A stretch of DNA of 64,000 nucleotides from contig DATAHU010000213.1 of NCBI GenBank assembly GCA_036263015.1, forward strand, positions 7,683 to 71,682, given 5' to 3'. This DNA is from Polyangiaceae bacterium (GTDB taxonomy: Bacteria > Myxococcota_A > Polyangia > Polyangiales > Polyangiaceae). Position numbers and translations under genes: made by a program. The first letter of the stretch is position 1, and each line of letters starts with the position of its first letter. The notes under the pieces are model-generated. The model was not told the origin of the DNA and did not search any database. It saw only the letters and a list, made by a program, of their open reading frames with translations. Shown here one piece after another: positions 27,329 to 37,308 of this stretch.

Positions 27329-28903
27329 TCAACGCCTGCCGCCAAAATCCGAGAACGGGTCTTGAGGCTTTGCTTTTGCAGGTTCAGCCTGGGCTGGCTT
27401 CTTCGTTACTTTGGGCTGGTTCCCGCGAGGCGCCGCCGCTGTCTGCGTTGCGCTACTGCTCGGCGCGACGCTCGCTGCGTCCGTCGAAGCGCTTGCGGCG
27501 CTGTTCGCCGCGGGTTCCGTCTCTGACGTGGCGACTGCCGCAACCTGCGGCGTGACGATCGCTTTGACGGGGGGCTGCGCCGGCGCCTCGACCACGGGTG
27601 GGCTCGCGACGATCGACGCGGGGGGCGCAATGGCTGGGGCGGGGGCGTCTTGTGCGTTACCCGCGCGTAGCCACACAGCCGCAGCCGCGCCAGCGAGCGC
27701 AACGAGTCCAACGCTGGCCCAGAGTGCGGCCGACTTGCGTCCCGGGTGCGCGCTTGCGCTGCGACCGCCCGTGCGCCCCCAAGAGTTACCCGTGTCACCC
27801 GTGGTGTGCACGGGCGGCGGCGGGTCGGAGCCCTCGACCACCGGAATGGCGTCGGTCGTCGGCGGCCCGATATCCTGTGGGCTCAACTCGGTGCGCGGTG
27901 CAGACGTTTCTGCTCTGCGGGCAGAGGCAGAGCCCGACATCGCGGGGATGTCACCCGTGACCCGAGTCTTGGGATCGACCTTGGAATTGCCGGCCAGAGT
28001 GTGCACGCGGCGAATGCGTTCCGAGTAGCGATAGCCATCGACTTGGAATGGCGCGAGCGCGTCCGCCAAATCGGCGACGCTCGAGATCCGCTTGTGCTTG
28101 TCGATCTGCAGGCAGCGGTCGATCACCTGACTCAAACGCTCCGGCACTTCGGGGCGCGCTTCTTTGGCCGGTGTGTAGTTACCCGTCAACACGGCGCGCA
28201 CGAGTTGCGGTAACGTTTCTCCACCGAAGGGTACGTTGCCGATCAGTAGCTCATACAGGATAACACCCAATGACCAGATGTCGGCGCGCTCGTCGGCTTG
28301 CTTCGACGATTCCAACTGCTCGGGCGACATGTACAGCGGCGAGCCGACCATGATCGCGGTCTTGGTCAACGCCAACTGCGGCATCGAATCGGCGTTGAGC
28401 GATTTCGAGATCCCGAAGTCGAGCACTTTGACGAGCCGCGAGCCATCCGGACGCCGCGTGAGAAACAGGTTGGCGGGCTTCAGATCGCGATGCACGATGC
28501 CCAAGCTGTGGGCCTCGGCGATCGCCACGCTGGTTTGCAGTACGCAATCGACGGCCTCGTCGATCGGGAAGCGACCATTGCGTTCGATCTCCGTCGAGAC
28601 GTCGTGGCCATTGAGGAACTCCATGACCATGTACGGAATGCCGCCGGTCATCGTTCCAACGTCCACGACGCGCGCGACGTGCTCGCTCTGGATCTTCACG
28701 GCCGCGCGCGCTTCACGTCGAAAGCGCTCTGATGCTTCGCGGCTCTGCGCGTATTCAGGCAACAGGAACTTGACCGCGACGCGCTGCTCTAACTCTACGT
28801 GCCACGCAGCGACCACGACGCCCATGCCGCCTTGCCCGAGCACTTGCTCCACTCTGTATTTGTCCGCAAGGACCTCACCGACGAGAACGGGCGACGCTGC
28901 CAT
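27329..28903 (-). CDS. Ser/Thr protein kinase (Hanks type) with a Pro/Ala-rich C-terminal region and a TM segment
   Basis: Glycine loop LGQGGMGVV, lysine VAVKFL, catalytic loop HRDLKPANLF, DFGISK, and SPEQ. A TM segment (LWASVGLVALAGAAAAVWL) is followed by a low-complexity tail. Confidence 0.9.
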   Translation of the reverse strand: MAASPVLVGEVLADKYRVEQVLGQGGMGVVVAAWHVELEQRVAVKFLLPEYAQSREASERFRREARAAVKIQSEHVARVVDVGTMTGGIPYMVMEFLNGHDVSTEIERNGRFPIDEAVDCVLQTSVAIAEAHSLGIVHRDLKPANLFLTRRPDGSRLVKVLDFGISKSLNADSMPQLALTKTAIMVGSPLYMSPEQLESSKQADERADIWSLGVILYELLIGNVPFGGETLPQLVRAVLTGNYTPAKEARPEVPERLSQVIDRCLQIDKHKRISSVADLADALAPFQVDGYRYSERIRRVHTLAGNSKVDPKTRVTGDIPAMSGSASARRAETSAPRTELSPQDIGPPTTDAIPVVEGSDPPPPVHTTGDTGNSWGRTGGRSASAHPGRKSAALWASVGLVALAGAAAAVWLRAGNAQDAPAPAIAPPASIVASPPVVEAPAQPPVKAIVTPQVAAVATSETEPAANSAASASTDAASVAPSSSATQTAAAPRGNQPKVTKKPAQAEPAKAKPQDPFSDFGGRR

Positions 28904-29049
28904 CGAGCGGCAGTCTAGCGCATTGTTAGCGGCCGCGAGCAGCGCCTAATCAGTTCGCCTGCTGCTGCAATCTGATGAAAGCTCCCACCTGCGCGTAGCT
29001 CCCACAGCGGCAGCGCGGCCGTGGCTGACGTCACGCACTCGGCGCCAAG

Positions 29050-30258
29050 TCATGTGATCTTTATTTCGCGCAAGTAGAACTCGGAGTCCAAGCGGCGTGT
29101 GCGGACGCTGCGGTCCGGGACTCGAAGCACGAGCGCATAGGTGCCGGGGTCGGGAGAATCCAAGACGAATTCCCACAGGCTGAAACTCGGCCCCGCGCTG
29201 GAGGGGTCGCAGTCGAATAGCTGCCACGGGCTATCTCCCACGCGGATCTCCAGTGCAGCAACGGCGTGGTTGCCGCCCCAGGTGATGCCGACGATTCGAA
29301 GCAGCTCGCGATCGTCGATCCGCCACAGCTCGACCGCGATCGGCATCGCTGCCGTGTCCATTTCGGCAGGCGCGAACTGTCGTGCGAGCTCGGGCACGCC
29401 ATCCTGGTGCGTGCGCGCCGCAAACTCTTGCATTTGCGAGGTGGCAGGCGCGTCGTCCGCGACCCACTCGATCTCAGTAACCCACTTGATCGAACAGCAG
29501 CCGTACCAACCTGGCACGAACAAGCGCACGGGCGCGCCGTGGTCGCTCGGCAATTGCGAGCCGTTCATGCCCGTCGCGAGAAAAGCGCCTGTTTTTGCGA
29601 GCTGTTCTTGGCTGAAGATCCAGCTGGCGCCAGCTTGTGAACGATTTCCAACCGAGGCTTGGGAGTGCGAATCGAAGCCCGTCACCAACAGCCGCGCGTT
29701 GGGATCGGTGCTCGGCATATCGTTCAAGAGTTCGAGCAACGGTATTCCGCCCCAGCGTGCTTGACTCATCAAGCCGAAACCCGCTTGGCGCGAGTTGCCG
29801 CTGCATTCGAGCAGGTAAGGCCCCAGCGTGCGCGTGGCCGCGGTGAGATCGTCGAGCGTCAGACTGCGCTCACGTTCGACCAAGCCGTGGATCCGTACCG
29901 ACCAGGGCAAGCTTCGATCGAGTTGATCCGGCGTTGCCGTGCGCACGTAGAACTCGTCCGTCGGTGTATCGAGTTTGCCCGACTCGAGCGTGGACAGATC
30001 CGTGTACTTTCGCGCATCGAGCCCCTGATTGAAGAGCACTCCGAACTCGGGATCGCCTTCGCCGACGAAGGGTATGTTCCGGATGAACGACGCTTTGGCG
30101 AGCGAGATCGCCGGGGCAGGGCGGATCCCTGCGTCGGGGCTTGCGTCGAGCGGTGGCTCGTTGCCCTCTATGGGAACCGCGTCGCACCCCGAAAACCACC
30201 CGGCGCCAAGCGACGCGCAGCTCGACAGAAAGCGTCTACGACCGGGCGCCTGGTGCAC
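29050..30258 (-). CDS. Molybdopterin-dependent oxidoreductase (sulfite-oxidase fold family), Tat-exported
   Basis: Twin-arginine-like N-terminus MHQAPGRRRFLSSCASLGAG. Moco-Cys region YLLECSGNSR. Ig-like C-terminal module. Confidence 0.75.
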   Translation of the reverse strand: MHQAPGRRRFLSSCASLGAGWFSGCDAVPIEGNEPPLDASPDAGIRPAPAISLAKASFIRNIPFVGEGDPEFGVLFNQGLDARKYTDLSTLESGKLDTPTDEFYVRTATPDQLDRSLPWSVRIHGLVERERSLTLDDLTAATRTLGPYLLECSGNSRQAGFGLMSQARWGGIPLLELLNDMPSTDPNARLLVTGFDSHSQASVGNRSQAGASWIFSQEQLAKTGAFLATGMNGSQLPSDHGAPVRLFVPGWYGCCSIKWVTEIEWVADDAPATSQMQEFAARTHQDGVPELARQFAPAEMDTAAMPIAVELWRIDDRELLRIVGITWGGNHAVAALEIRVGDSPWQLFDCDPSSAGPSFSLWEFVLDSPDPGTYALVLRVPDRSVRTRRLDSEFYLREIKIT

Positions 30259-30297
30259 GCCCGGGTTGTGACACGAACGTGCCGCTTGCGCGAGGGT

Positions 30298-31440
30298 TCA
30301 GGCGCGGGCGGCGCTGCGTGACAAGCGAATGTCCATCCACACGGCGAGCGCCAACACCACACCGCGCGCGATGAACTTCATCTCGGGCGAGAGTGCGAGC
30401 AAGGTCATGCCGTTGAGCAGCGTCGACATGATCAGCGCGCCGAACAGCACGCCCACGACGTCACCGCGACCGCCCTTGAGACTCGTACCGCCGATCACGC
30501 ACGCCGCAATCGCGTCGAGCTCCATCAGCGAACCCGTCGTGGTGGTGGAGGCGCCGGCAAACGCCGTCTGCAAGAAGCCGGAGATGGCGACGATCACGCC
30601 GATGATGGCGAAGGCGCAGATCACGGCTTTGCCCGTCGGGATGCCCGAGACCTTGGCGGCCTCGTCGTTGCCGCCGATGGCGTACAAGTAACGTCCGAGT
30701 CGCAAGTGCTGCGAAATGATGTGCACGACGAACGCCGTTGCGCCGAGCACCAGCGCGCTGAGTGGGACTCCGCGGTACTGGTTCATGACCAGCACGAACA
30801 ACAGCATGATCTGCGACGACAGGAACCAACGCAGAAAGCTTTCTTCGGCGTCGACCTCGAAACCACGCGCCTTGCGCTGACGCAGGTTTTGCCAGGTCGA
30901 TGCGCCGAGCAACCCTGCGATGATCGCGGCTGCTACCAAGCTCATCACCGGCGGCACGTATTCGGTCGTGAGGATCGAATAGAGGTTGCTGCCGCTGCCC
31001 TCGACGACGGGAATCGTCTTGTTCTGGATCACCAGCCAGTGCACGCCTTTGAAGACCAGCAGACCACCGAGTGTGATGATGAACGCCGGGATCTTCTCGC
31101 GCACGATGATCCAGCCCATCGCGGCGTAGATGGCCACGGTGGCCAGCGTCGTCACGAGCAGCGCGAGCGGTGCCGAGAACCCATGCTGCACGATCAAGAC
31201 CGCAGCCAGACCACCCGCCAGACCGAGCCCGCTACCAACGCTCAGGTCGATGTGACCGGGTAAGATGATCAACAACATGCCGAGGCTCAGCACTGCCGTC
31301 GCTGAGAGCTCGATTGAGAGCTGTGACAAGTTGCGGGCGCTGAGAAATGCCGCGTTCGCCCACCAGAAATAGGTGGCGATCAACACGAGCGCGATCAGCA
31401 TCGAGAAATCGCGCAAGCCGACTTTCGGCTGTTGGGTCAT
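30298..31440 (-). CDS. xylH: Xylose-type sugar ABC transporter permease
   Basis: 380-aa polytopic permease of the ribose/xylose class. It overlaps the upstream ATPase gene and sits third in a binding-protein, ATPase, permease order. Confidence 0.8.
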   Translation of the reverse strand: MTQQPKVGLRDFSMLIALVLIATYFWWANAAFLSARNLSQLSIELSATAVLSLGMLLIILPGHIDLSVGSGLGLAGGLAAVLIVQHGFSAPLALLVTTLATVAIYAAMGWIIVREKIPAFIITLGGLLVFKGVHWLVIQNKTIPVVEGSGSNLYSILTTEYVPPVMSLVAAAIIAGLLGASTWQNLRQRKARGFEVDAEESFLRWFLSSQIMLLFVLVMNQYRGVPLSALVLGATAFVVHIISQHLRLGRYLYAIGGNDEAAKVSGIPTGKAVICAFAIIGVIVAISGFLQTAFAGASTTTTGSLMELDAIAACVIGGTSLKGGRGDVVGVLFGALIMSTLLNGMTLLALSPEMKFIARGVVLALAVWMDIRLSRSAARA

Positions 31441-33086
31441 GAGTCCTCCAAAGCGGCGGAAGCCGCGGTCGAATTCTTGGGCGAGCCAGGCGGTTGCTCA
31501 GAGTGATTCTGGCCCATGGCCGCCGCGAGCAGTGCCTCTTGCGTGATGTTGTCGCCTTCGAAGGTTCCCCCGACGCGCCCCTCGGCGAGCATCATGATAC
31601 GGTCACTCATCCCCATCAGCTCTGGTAGTTCACTCGATACCAGCACCACTGCGACCTTATCGTCGGTGAGCTGGTTGATGAGCTCGTAGATCTCGCGCTT
31701 GGCGCCAACGTCGATACCGCGCGTCGGTTCGTCCAAGAGCACCACCTTGGGATTGGTCATCAAGGCCTTGCCGAGCACGACCTTCTGCTGGTTTCCGCCG
31801 GACAGCGTGCCGACCACGGTCTCTTGATTGCGCGCCTTGATGCGCATCGACTGCATGTACTTGTCGTTCGCGCGCGCCTCGTCGTCCTTGTTGACGAAGC
31901 CGGTCGGCGAAAGCGCCTTGAGCGAAGACAGCGAGAGGTTGAAGCCGACGGTCTGTTCGAGAACCAAACCAAAGCGCTTGCGATCTTCGGTTACCAGCAC
32001 GAGCCCTTGCTCGATACACGCACCGGGGCTCGTCGCGAGCGGTTGCCCGCTGAGCGAAACGTTGCCCTGGAGCCGGCGTCCCTCCATGCCGAACAAGTGC
32101 ATCAACAGCTCACTGCGGCCGGCGCCCATCAGCCCACCGATGCCGAGCACTTCACCTTGCCGCAGCTGGAACGAAATGTCCGCCAACCGCGGTTTCGTGT
32201 CCGAATCGGTGTCCTTGTCCGCGACGCTGAGCTTGGCCACGTCGAGCACGACCTCGCCCACCTTCGAGCGCTTGCGCGGAAACAGATCGCCCAACTCACG
32301 CCCGACCATCTGCGCGATGACTTCTTCGCGCGATGTCTGTTTGGCGTCGAGCGTCGTGATCGTCGCGCCATCGCGCAGGATCGTGATGCGGTCCGAAATC
32401 GCGAACACTTCGTCGAGCTTGTGCGAGATGTAGATGCAGCTGACGCCCTTGGCGCGCAGATCGCGCACGATGCGCAGCAAGACTTCCACCTCTTGCTCGG
32501 TGAGCGCCGCGCTCGGTTCGTCCAAAATCAGGACGCGCGATTCCTTGCGTAGAGCCTTGGCAATCTCGACGAGCTGGCGCTGACCGATGCCCAAGCTGCC
32601 GACCAAGGCTTGCGCCGGGATGTTGAGCTTGAACTGCTCTAGAAGCTTGTGGGCTTCGGTGTACATGCGGTCGTGATCGACTAGGCCCGTGCCCGCGATC
32701 GAAAAGCGCAACGGTTCGTGCCCCAGAAACAGGTTCTCTGCGACGGTCATCTCCGGCACGAGCGCGAGCTCCTGGTGAATCACGCCGAGCCCCGCAGCTT
32801 CCGCCTCTTTGATCTGCGTGAACTCCTGCACGACACCGCGCATCACGATCTGCCCCTCGTAGCTGCCGTGGGGATAGACGCCGGACAGAGTTTTGATCAG
32901 CGTCGATTTGCCAGCGCCGTTTTCCCCGCACAGGGAGTGGATCTCGCCGGGGCGCAGGTTGAAGTCGACGCCACGCAGCGCCGTCACTGGACCAAAGCGT
33001 TTGATCAGGTTGCGTGCTTCGAGCACGTACTCTGAACCGTCGGCGCTAGTGGCGCTCTTGTTGGGTTGCGAAGGAGCCGTCGTCAT
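31437..33086 (-). CDS. xylG: Xylose-type sugar ABC transporter ATP-binding protein (duplicated ABC)
   Basis: Two ABC cassettes: Walker A GENGAGKST, LSGGNQQKV in the second cassette, and Walker B ILDEPS / LLDEPT. Confidence 0.85.
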   Translation of the reverse strand: MTTAPSQPNKSATSADGSEYVLEARNLIKRFGPVTALRGVDFNLRPGEIHSLCGENGAGKSTLIKTLSGVYPHGSYEGQIVMRGVVQEFTQIKEAEAAGLGVIHQELALVPEMTVAENLFLGHEPLRFSIAGTGLVDHDRMYTEAHKLLEQFKLNIPAQALVGSLGIGQRQLVEIAKALRKESRVLILDEPSAALTEQEVEVLLRIVRDLRAKGVSCIYISHKLDEVFAISDRITILRDGATITTLDAKQTSREEVIAQMVGRELGDLFPRKRSKVGEVVLDVAKLSVADKDTDSDTKPRLADISFQLRQGEVLGIGGLMGAGRSELLMHLFGMEGRRLQGNVSLSGQPLATSPGACIEQGLVLVTEDRKRFGLVLEQTVGFNLSLSSLKALSPTGFVNKDDEARANDKYMQSMRIKARNQETVVGTLSGGNQQKVVLGKALMTNPKVVLLDEPTRGIDVGAKREIYELINQLTDDKVAVVLVSSELPELMGMSDRIMMLAEGRVGGTFEGDNITQEALLAAAMGQNHSEQPPGSPKNSTAASAALEDS

Positions 33087-33111
33087 TGTGGCAATCGCTC
33101 GAGACGACGGT

Positions 33112-34191
33112 TCACTTGCTGGCAGCAGGGGCTGCGCCCGCGCCGTAGACTTCGTCGTGCGTGAGGAAGCCGTCCTTGATCAGCGTGCTGTCGATGTTGT
33201 CCTTGGTGACCGTCACGACATCGTGCAGGATCGTCGGTACCTTGATTTTGCCGTTGTCGGTCGTTTGAGTCGCGATCAACGTCTTGCCCTTGGCGAGCGC
33301 GACCGCGGTGTCCGCGGCTTGCTTCGCCAGCTCCTGCACGGGCTTGTAGATCGTCATCGACTGCTCGCCGCCGACGATGCGTTGAACCGCGACGAGCTCG
33401 GCGTCTTGGCCCGTGACGATGATGCCGCTGGCGCCGCCCTCTTCACGCAATGCCTGAATCGCGCCGCCCGCAGTGCCGTCGTTGGATGCGAGCACGGCTT
33501 GAATGCCCTTGGGGAACTTCGTGAGCGCGGCGTTGGCGATACGCTTGGCGTTCTCCGGCTTCCAATCGTCGGCCCAGTCTTCGTGCACGACTTCGACCGT
33601 GCCGTTGGCGATCGCGTCTTTGAGCGCCTTGTCTTGGCCGGCCTTGAACAAGAACGCGTTGTTGTCCGTCTTGGACCCGTAAATCCGCAGCATCTTGATC
33701 GGCTTGGGGCCGTCTTTGAGCGCGTTCAGGATGAACTGTGCTTGGAGCTCACCGACGTGTTCGTTGTCGAACGTGACGTAGACGTCGAGATCGCTATCGA
33801 CGATCAAACGATCGTAGGCGATCACCGGGATGCCGGCCTTGTGCGCGACTTCGACGCCTTTGGCCATGGCCTTGCCGTCGTGCGGCACGATCACGATCAC
33901 GTCGACCTTGGCCGTGATCAGCGATTCGACGTCCGCGACTTGGCGCGTGTCGTCGCCATTGGCGGACAACACCGTGACCTCTGCACCGAGCTCTTTGGCT
34001 CGATTGACGAACGCGTCGCGATCTTTGGCCCAGCGCGCCTCCTTCAGCGTGTCCATCGACAGACCGATCTTGATGGTGTGCGGTCCAGCAACGGCAGTTT
34101 GGGTTTGGCTCTCGCCTCCGCGTCCCAGCACGAGACCGATCAATACGCTCAGCGCTAGGGATGCGACGACCAAGAAGGATTTGACACTCAT
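33112..34191 (-). CDS. xylF: D-xylose ABC transporter substrate-binding protein
   Basis: Signal peptide, then KIGLSMDTLKEARWAKDRDAFVNRAKELGAEVTVLSANGDDTRQ...GIPVIAYDRLI. This closely parallels E. coli XylF as I remember it. Confidence 0.85.
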   Translation of the reverse strand: MSVKSFLVVASLALSVLIGLVLGRGGESQTQTAVAGPHTIKIGLSMDTLKEARWAKDRDAFVNRAKELGAEVTVLSANGDDTRQVADVESLITAKVDVIVIVPHDGKAMAKGVEVAHKAGIPVIAYDRLIVDSDLDVYVTFDNEHVGELQAQFILNALKDGPKPIKMLRIYGSKTDNNAFLFKAGQDKALKDAIANGTVEVVHEDWADDWKPENAKRIANAALTKFPKGIQAVLASNDGTAGGAIQALREEGGASGIIVTGQDAELVAVQRIVGGEQSMTIYKPVQELAKQAADTAVALAKGKTLIATQTTDNGKIKVPTILHDVVTVTKDNIDSTLIKDGFLTHDEVYGAGAAPAASK

Positions 34192-34492
34192 ACGACGACC
34201 TCGCGTTTAGCCGTGGGGGGCGCGCTCGCAGTGGGGCGGCGCTGCCCTCGGGGCGGGCGGAGTTAATCAAAACTCAGAGCCGTGCACCAGGGAGCGTTGA
34301 GGCGGTCGCATCAAAATGGAGTCCGCGCCGTGAATGACCCAACGAGCCATTCCGAGCTTCGGCCCGTCAGCTGGGGAAAACGGGGAGGGGCCCTCACGGC
34401 TTCAGGGCATGCGCACCCTTCAGGCGAACGCCGTCATCGCCCGTTTCCAGAGTAGGCGGCGTCGCGGTCCCCGTAATAATACAGCACGACTC

Positions 34493-35056
34493 ATGGCTCA
34501 CGGCCTCGGAGCTCTGCGTTTCCAATGCACCCGCTGCGGCAACTGTTGCCGGCGCTTCCGGGTGCCCTTGACCGGTGCGGACCTGTTGCGGTTGACACGA
34601 GCTACCGGACGCGACCCGGCGAAGATTGTGGATTGGCTCGATCCCGAGGCGGTCGACATGACCGGGGAGCCCGAGACGTTCGTCATCTTGCCCGAAGGAC
34701 GTCGGCTCATGGTCCTCGCTTGGCAGGCCGACGGCTGCGCATTTCTGGCGGACAATGCTTGTAGCGTTCATCCGCAACGTCCAATGAGCTGCCGCGCGTA
34801 TCCCTTTCATGCGCAGCTCGGCAAGCGCAAGGGCATACGCCGTCTACAGCTCCTGGATTTGAGCAACTGCGAGCACACTTGGAACGGCTCCGTGGCGGCA
34901 CGCGAGGTCTCCCAAGTCGCGCAGACTCAGCGCGCGGAGCTCGTTCGATATGCCGACCTGGTGCAGGACTTCAATCGGGTCCAACGGCACTTGCAGCGCT
35001 TGGGCAAACCGGTGCAGTCGCGCGAGCGCTTCTATCAGCGCCTTTTCGATGCGTGA
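34493..35056 (+). CDS. YkgJ-family (UPF0153) cysteine-cluster protein
   Basis: CTRCGNCCRRF, plus the second cluster CAFLADNACSVHPQRPMSCRAYPF. The start is taken at ATG 34493; the track's upstream extension 34334 lacks family-like sequence. Confidence 0.75.
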   Translation: MAHGLGALRFQCTRCGNCCRRFRVPLTGADLLRLTRATGRDPAKIVDWLDPEAVDMTGEPETFVILPEGRRLMVLAWQADGCAFLADNACSVHPQRPMSCRAYPFHAQLGKRKGIRRLQLLDLSNCEHTWNGSVAAREVSQVAQTQRAELVRYADLVQDFNRVQRHLQRLGKPVQSRERFYQRLFDA

Positions 35057-35173
35057 CTCGACCCGGACACTCCTGTCACTGGATCGCAGAGGGGGATTGC
35101 TTCAGCCTTGAATTGCGATCGGCGCTCGCGCCGCAGCCAGAGTACTGAAGTCGTCCACTGCCGGAGGCAACTC

Positions 35174-36169
35174 GTGAATCCTCAACTATTGATCAACGCC
35201 ATCGTCCAACAAACGATGGTCTTCATCGCGCAGCTGGCGACGGCGGGCGGAGTGCGAGCGCCTCTGGCAAACGTCGCGGACCAGGTGTTTCGTGAGCTGA
35301 CGCGCGAGCTGCTCGCGCAGGGGCTGAAGAAGAAGGTCATCGCCGACATGTTCGGTATGGGGCTTCGCACCTATCACCGCCGTCAGCAGGCAGCAGAGCA
35401 GAGCCTCACGGATTCGGGGCGCACCGTGTGGGAAGCCGTGTTGCGTTTCGTGCAGGAGCGCGAACCCGTTTCGACGCAGCAGATTCTGAAGCGCTTCTCG
35501 CACGACGATCCCGAGATCGTCTCCGGCGTGCTCAACGACTTCGTCAACTCCGGGTTGGTTTACCGTGCGGGTCGCGGGGAAACGGCCGTCTATCGAGTGG
35601 CGGCCGAAGCCGACTTCCAAGACGATACAGCGCGCGCCGAAGCCAACGAGCACGTGGTTTGGCTCAACGCCTACCGCAATCCCGGCTCGACTTTGAACAA
35701 CTTGGCTGAGCGCTCCGGGTTGAGCGTCGAAGCGACGAGCAACGCTCTCAACCACCTCGTAGGGGCCGGCAAAGTCAGCGCGAAACAAGAGCCCGAGGGA
35801 ACGGAGTATTCCGCCGATCGCTTCGAAGTGCCCTGGGGCACCGCGCGGGGTTGGGAAGCCGCAGTTCTCGATCACTTTCAAGCCGTCGTGAACGCGGTCA
35901 CGATGAAGCTGTCGATGGCGGGAGGCGCCAAGGGGCTGCGCGATCAGGTGGGGGGTTCGACTTGGTCGATGGACGTGTGGGAAGGACACCCGTTCGAAGC
36001 CGAAGTGAAGGGTCTGCTCGCGACGCTGCGCGAGCAGGTCGAACGGCTGCGCCAACGCGTCGACACGTTCAACGAGACGCAATCGGAACGCCCCGAGCCG
36101 CACCGAGTGATCGTCTATCTAGGTCAATATTTGCGCATGCCCGAATCGGAGAATGAAGAAACCCCATGA
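35174..36169 (+). CDS. Hypothetical cytoplasmic protein with HTH / winged-helix-like segments (putative regulator)
   Basis: Likely GTG start at 35174. HTH-like segments: KKKVIADMFGMGLRTYHRRQQ, VSTQQILKRFS...FVNSGLVYRAG and STLNNLAERSGLSVEATSNALNHLVGAGKV. It overlaps the next gene as ATGA. Confidence 0.55.
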   Translation: MNPQLLINAIVQQTMVFIAQLATAGGVRAPLANVADQVFRELTRELLAQGLKKKVIADMFGMGLRTYHRRQQAAEQSLTDSGRTVWEAVLRFVQEREPVSTQQILKRFSHDDPEIVSGVLNDFVNSGLVYRAGRGETAVYRVAAEADFQDDTARAEANEHVVWLNAYRNPGSTLNNLAERSGLSVEATSNALNHLVGAGKVSAKQEPEGTEYSADRFEVPWGTARGWEAAVLDHFQAVVNAVTMKLSMAGGAKGLRDQVGGSTWSMDVWEGHPFEAEVKGLLATLREQVERLRQRVDTFNETQSERPEPHRVIVYLGQYLRMPESENEETP

Positions 36170-37308
36170 ACACCAACTCCAACATCGAAGTTGCTCACAG
36201 CTTGCGAACGGCGAGCGCTGCGCATCAGCGCGCTACCCTCGGGCGTCTGGGCTTGCTCGCTCTGCTCGCGATGGGTTGTTCGGGCGGCAATGCTCCCGAA
36301 GAATCGAGCTCGTCCCATTGGCTCGAGTGCAAACACGACGTGGAGTGCGTGGGGGTCTCGAGTGCCGTGCAATGCGATGGTCAGTATTGTGTGGACGCAA
36401 AGAGTGAACGTGTGAGCGTCAGTGGTTCGTCGAACATCGGCACGACGACCGGTGATGACGCCGAGTGCGATCCGTTCGTCAACCTGGAGCACAAGGTCGA
36501 GTCGGGGACGTTCGTCGCTTTGGCGCGCTCCCAAGCCGGAGTGACCTACTACGTCGACGCGCTGAGCGGCGCAGATCGATTGTATTTGTCTCAGGGCACG
36601 ACGCTCATGCCCTGGGTGATCGATGGCAGTGGTCAGTCCGATGCAGAAGTGACTCTGTCCTTTCACGATGGCGACGTGAAGTGGGGACTACTCTTGACGC
36701 CCGGCAACGCCCCCACGATGGCCAAGCTCGTGCGCGACCCCGATCCCTCGAGCAAAGAACCGATGTCGGATGACGAAGAGACATTGACGCTGCTCGACGA
36801 ACACGCTCTGGGCGACTACGAGATTGGGCCCGAAGTATCGCGCGTCGTCATCGAGTACGACGCACAAGCGACGACAGGTGAACACCTCGTGGTCGTGCGG
36901 CCAGAGAATTGGTCCGGCTACGAGGACTTTCGCTTGTTCTACGGCAAGGACGCGAAGCTCGTGGAGCGGGTGCTGAGCGACGTGACGCGCGCTCACGACG
37001 GAGGCTCGACATCGCTCCAGTTCAGTGTCGACGGTCACGACGCGCAGGCCTACTTTGCTGTTCACTTGAACCCGACCGACGACGGAGGCGTGATGCTCAC
37101 GAAGGACCCCGGCACGCTCACCTTGGGCGGCCAAGACTCGACGCTGGAGCTCCTGACCGACGACACGACCACTCGCGACGCGAGTTATCAGTGCTTCGGC
37201 AATCCGCCCAACGGTTGGCGCGAATCGTCGCGTAGCGCCACAGGTGGCGAAACCGATTCTACCGTGGACGCTGCGACACCAGCGCCGCAGCGCGGCGTCA
37301 CGCCATGA
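36166..37308 (+). CDS. Hypothetical lipoprotein
   Basis: Lipobox LLALLAMGCSG. A Cys-containing N-terminal module (WLECKHDVECVGVSSAVQCDGQYC). I recognise no family. Confidence 0.65.
   Translation: MNTNSNIEVAHSLRTASAAHQRATLGRLGLLALLAMGCSGGNAPEESSSSHWLECKHDVECVGVSSAVQCDGQYCVDAKSERVSVSGSSNIGTTTGDDAECDPFVNLEHKVESGTFVALARSQAGVTYYVDALSGADRLYLSQGTTLMPWVIDGSGQSDAEVTLSFHDGDVKWGLLLTPGNAPTMAKLVRDPDPSSKEPMSDDEETLTLLDEHALGDYEIGPEVSRVVIEYDAQATTGEHLVVVRPENWSGYEDFRLFYGKDAKLVERVLSDVTRAHDGGSTSLQFSVDGHDAQAYFAVHLNPTDDGGVMLTKDPGTLTLGGQDSTLELLTDDTTTRDASYQCFGNPPNGWRESSRSATGGETDSTVDAATPAPQRGVTP

Noticed and set aside
28980-29030. A repeated agctcccac (x2) and the palindrome TGACGTCA upstream of the Ser/Thr kinase gene.
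   Set aside because: They are too short to distinguish from chance, and I could define no convincing -35/-10 context.
32893-34158. A 421-aa ORF antisense to xylF and xylG. Similar long antisense ORFs occur at 20334..21113, 21165..21983, 35186..36103, 56371..57387, 51513..52160 and 46165..46875.
   Set aside because: All lie opposite genes with strong family motifs and have low-complexity Arg/Asp/Gly-rich products. They are GC-driven open frames.
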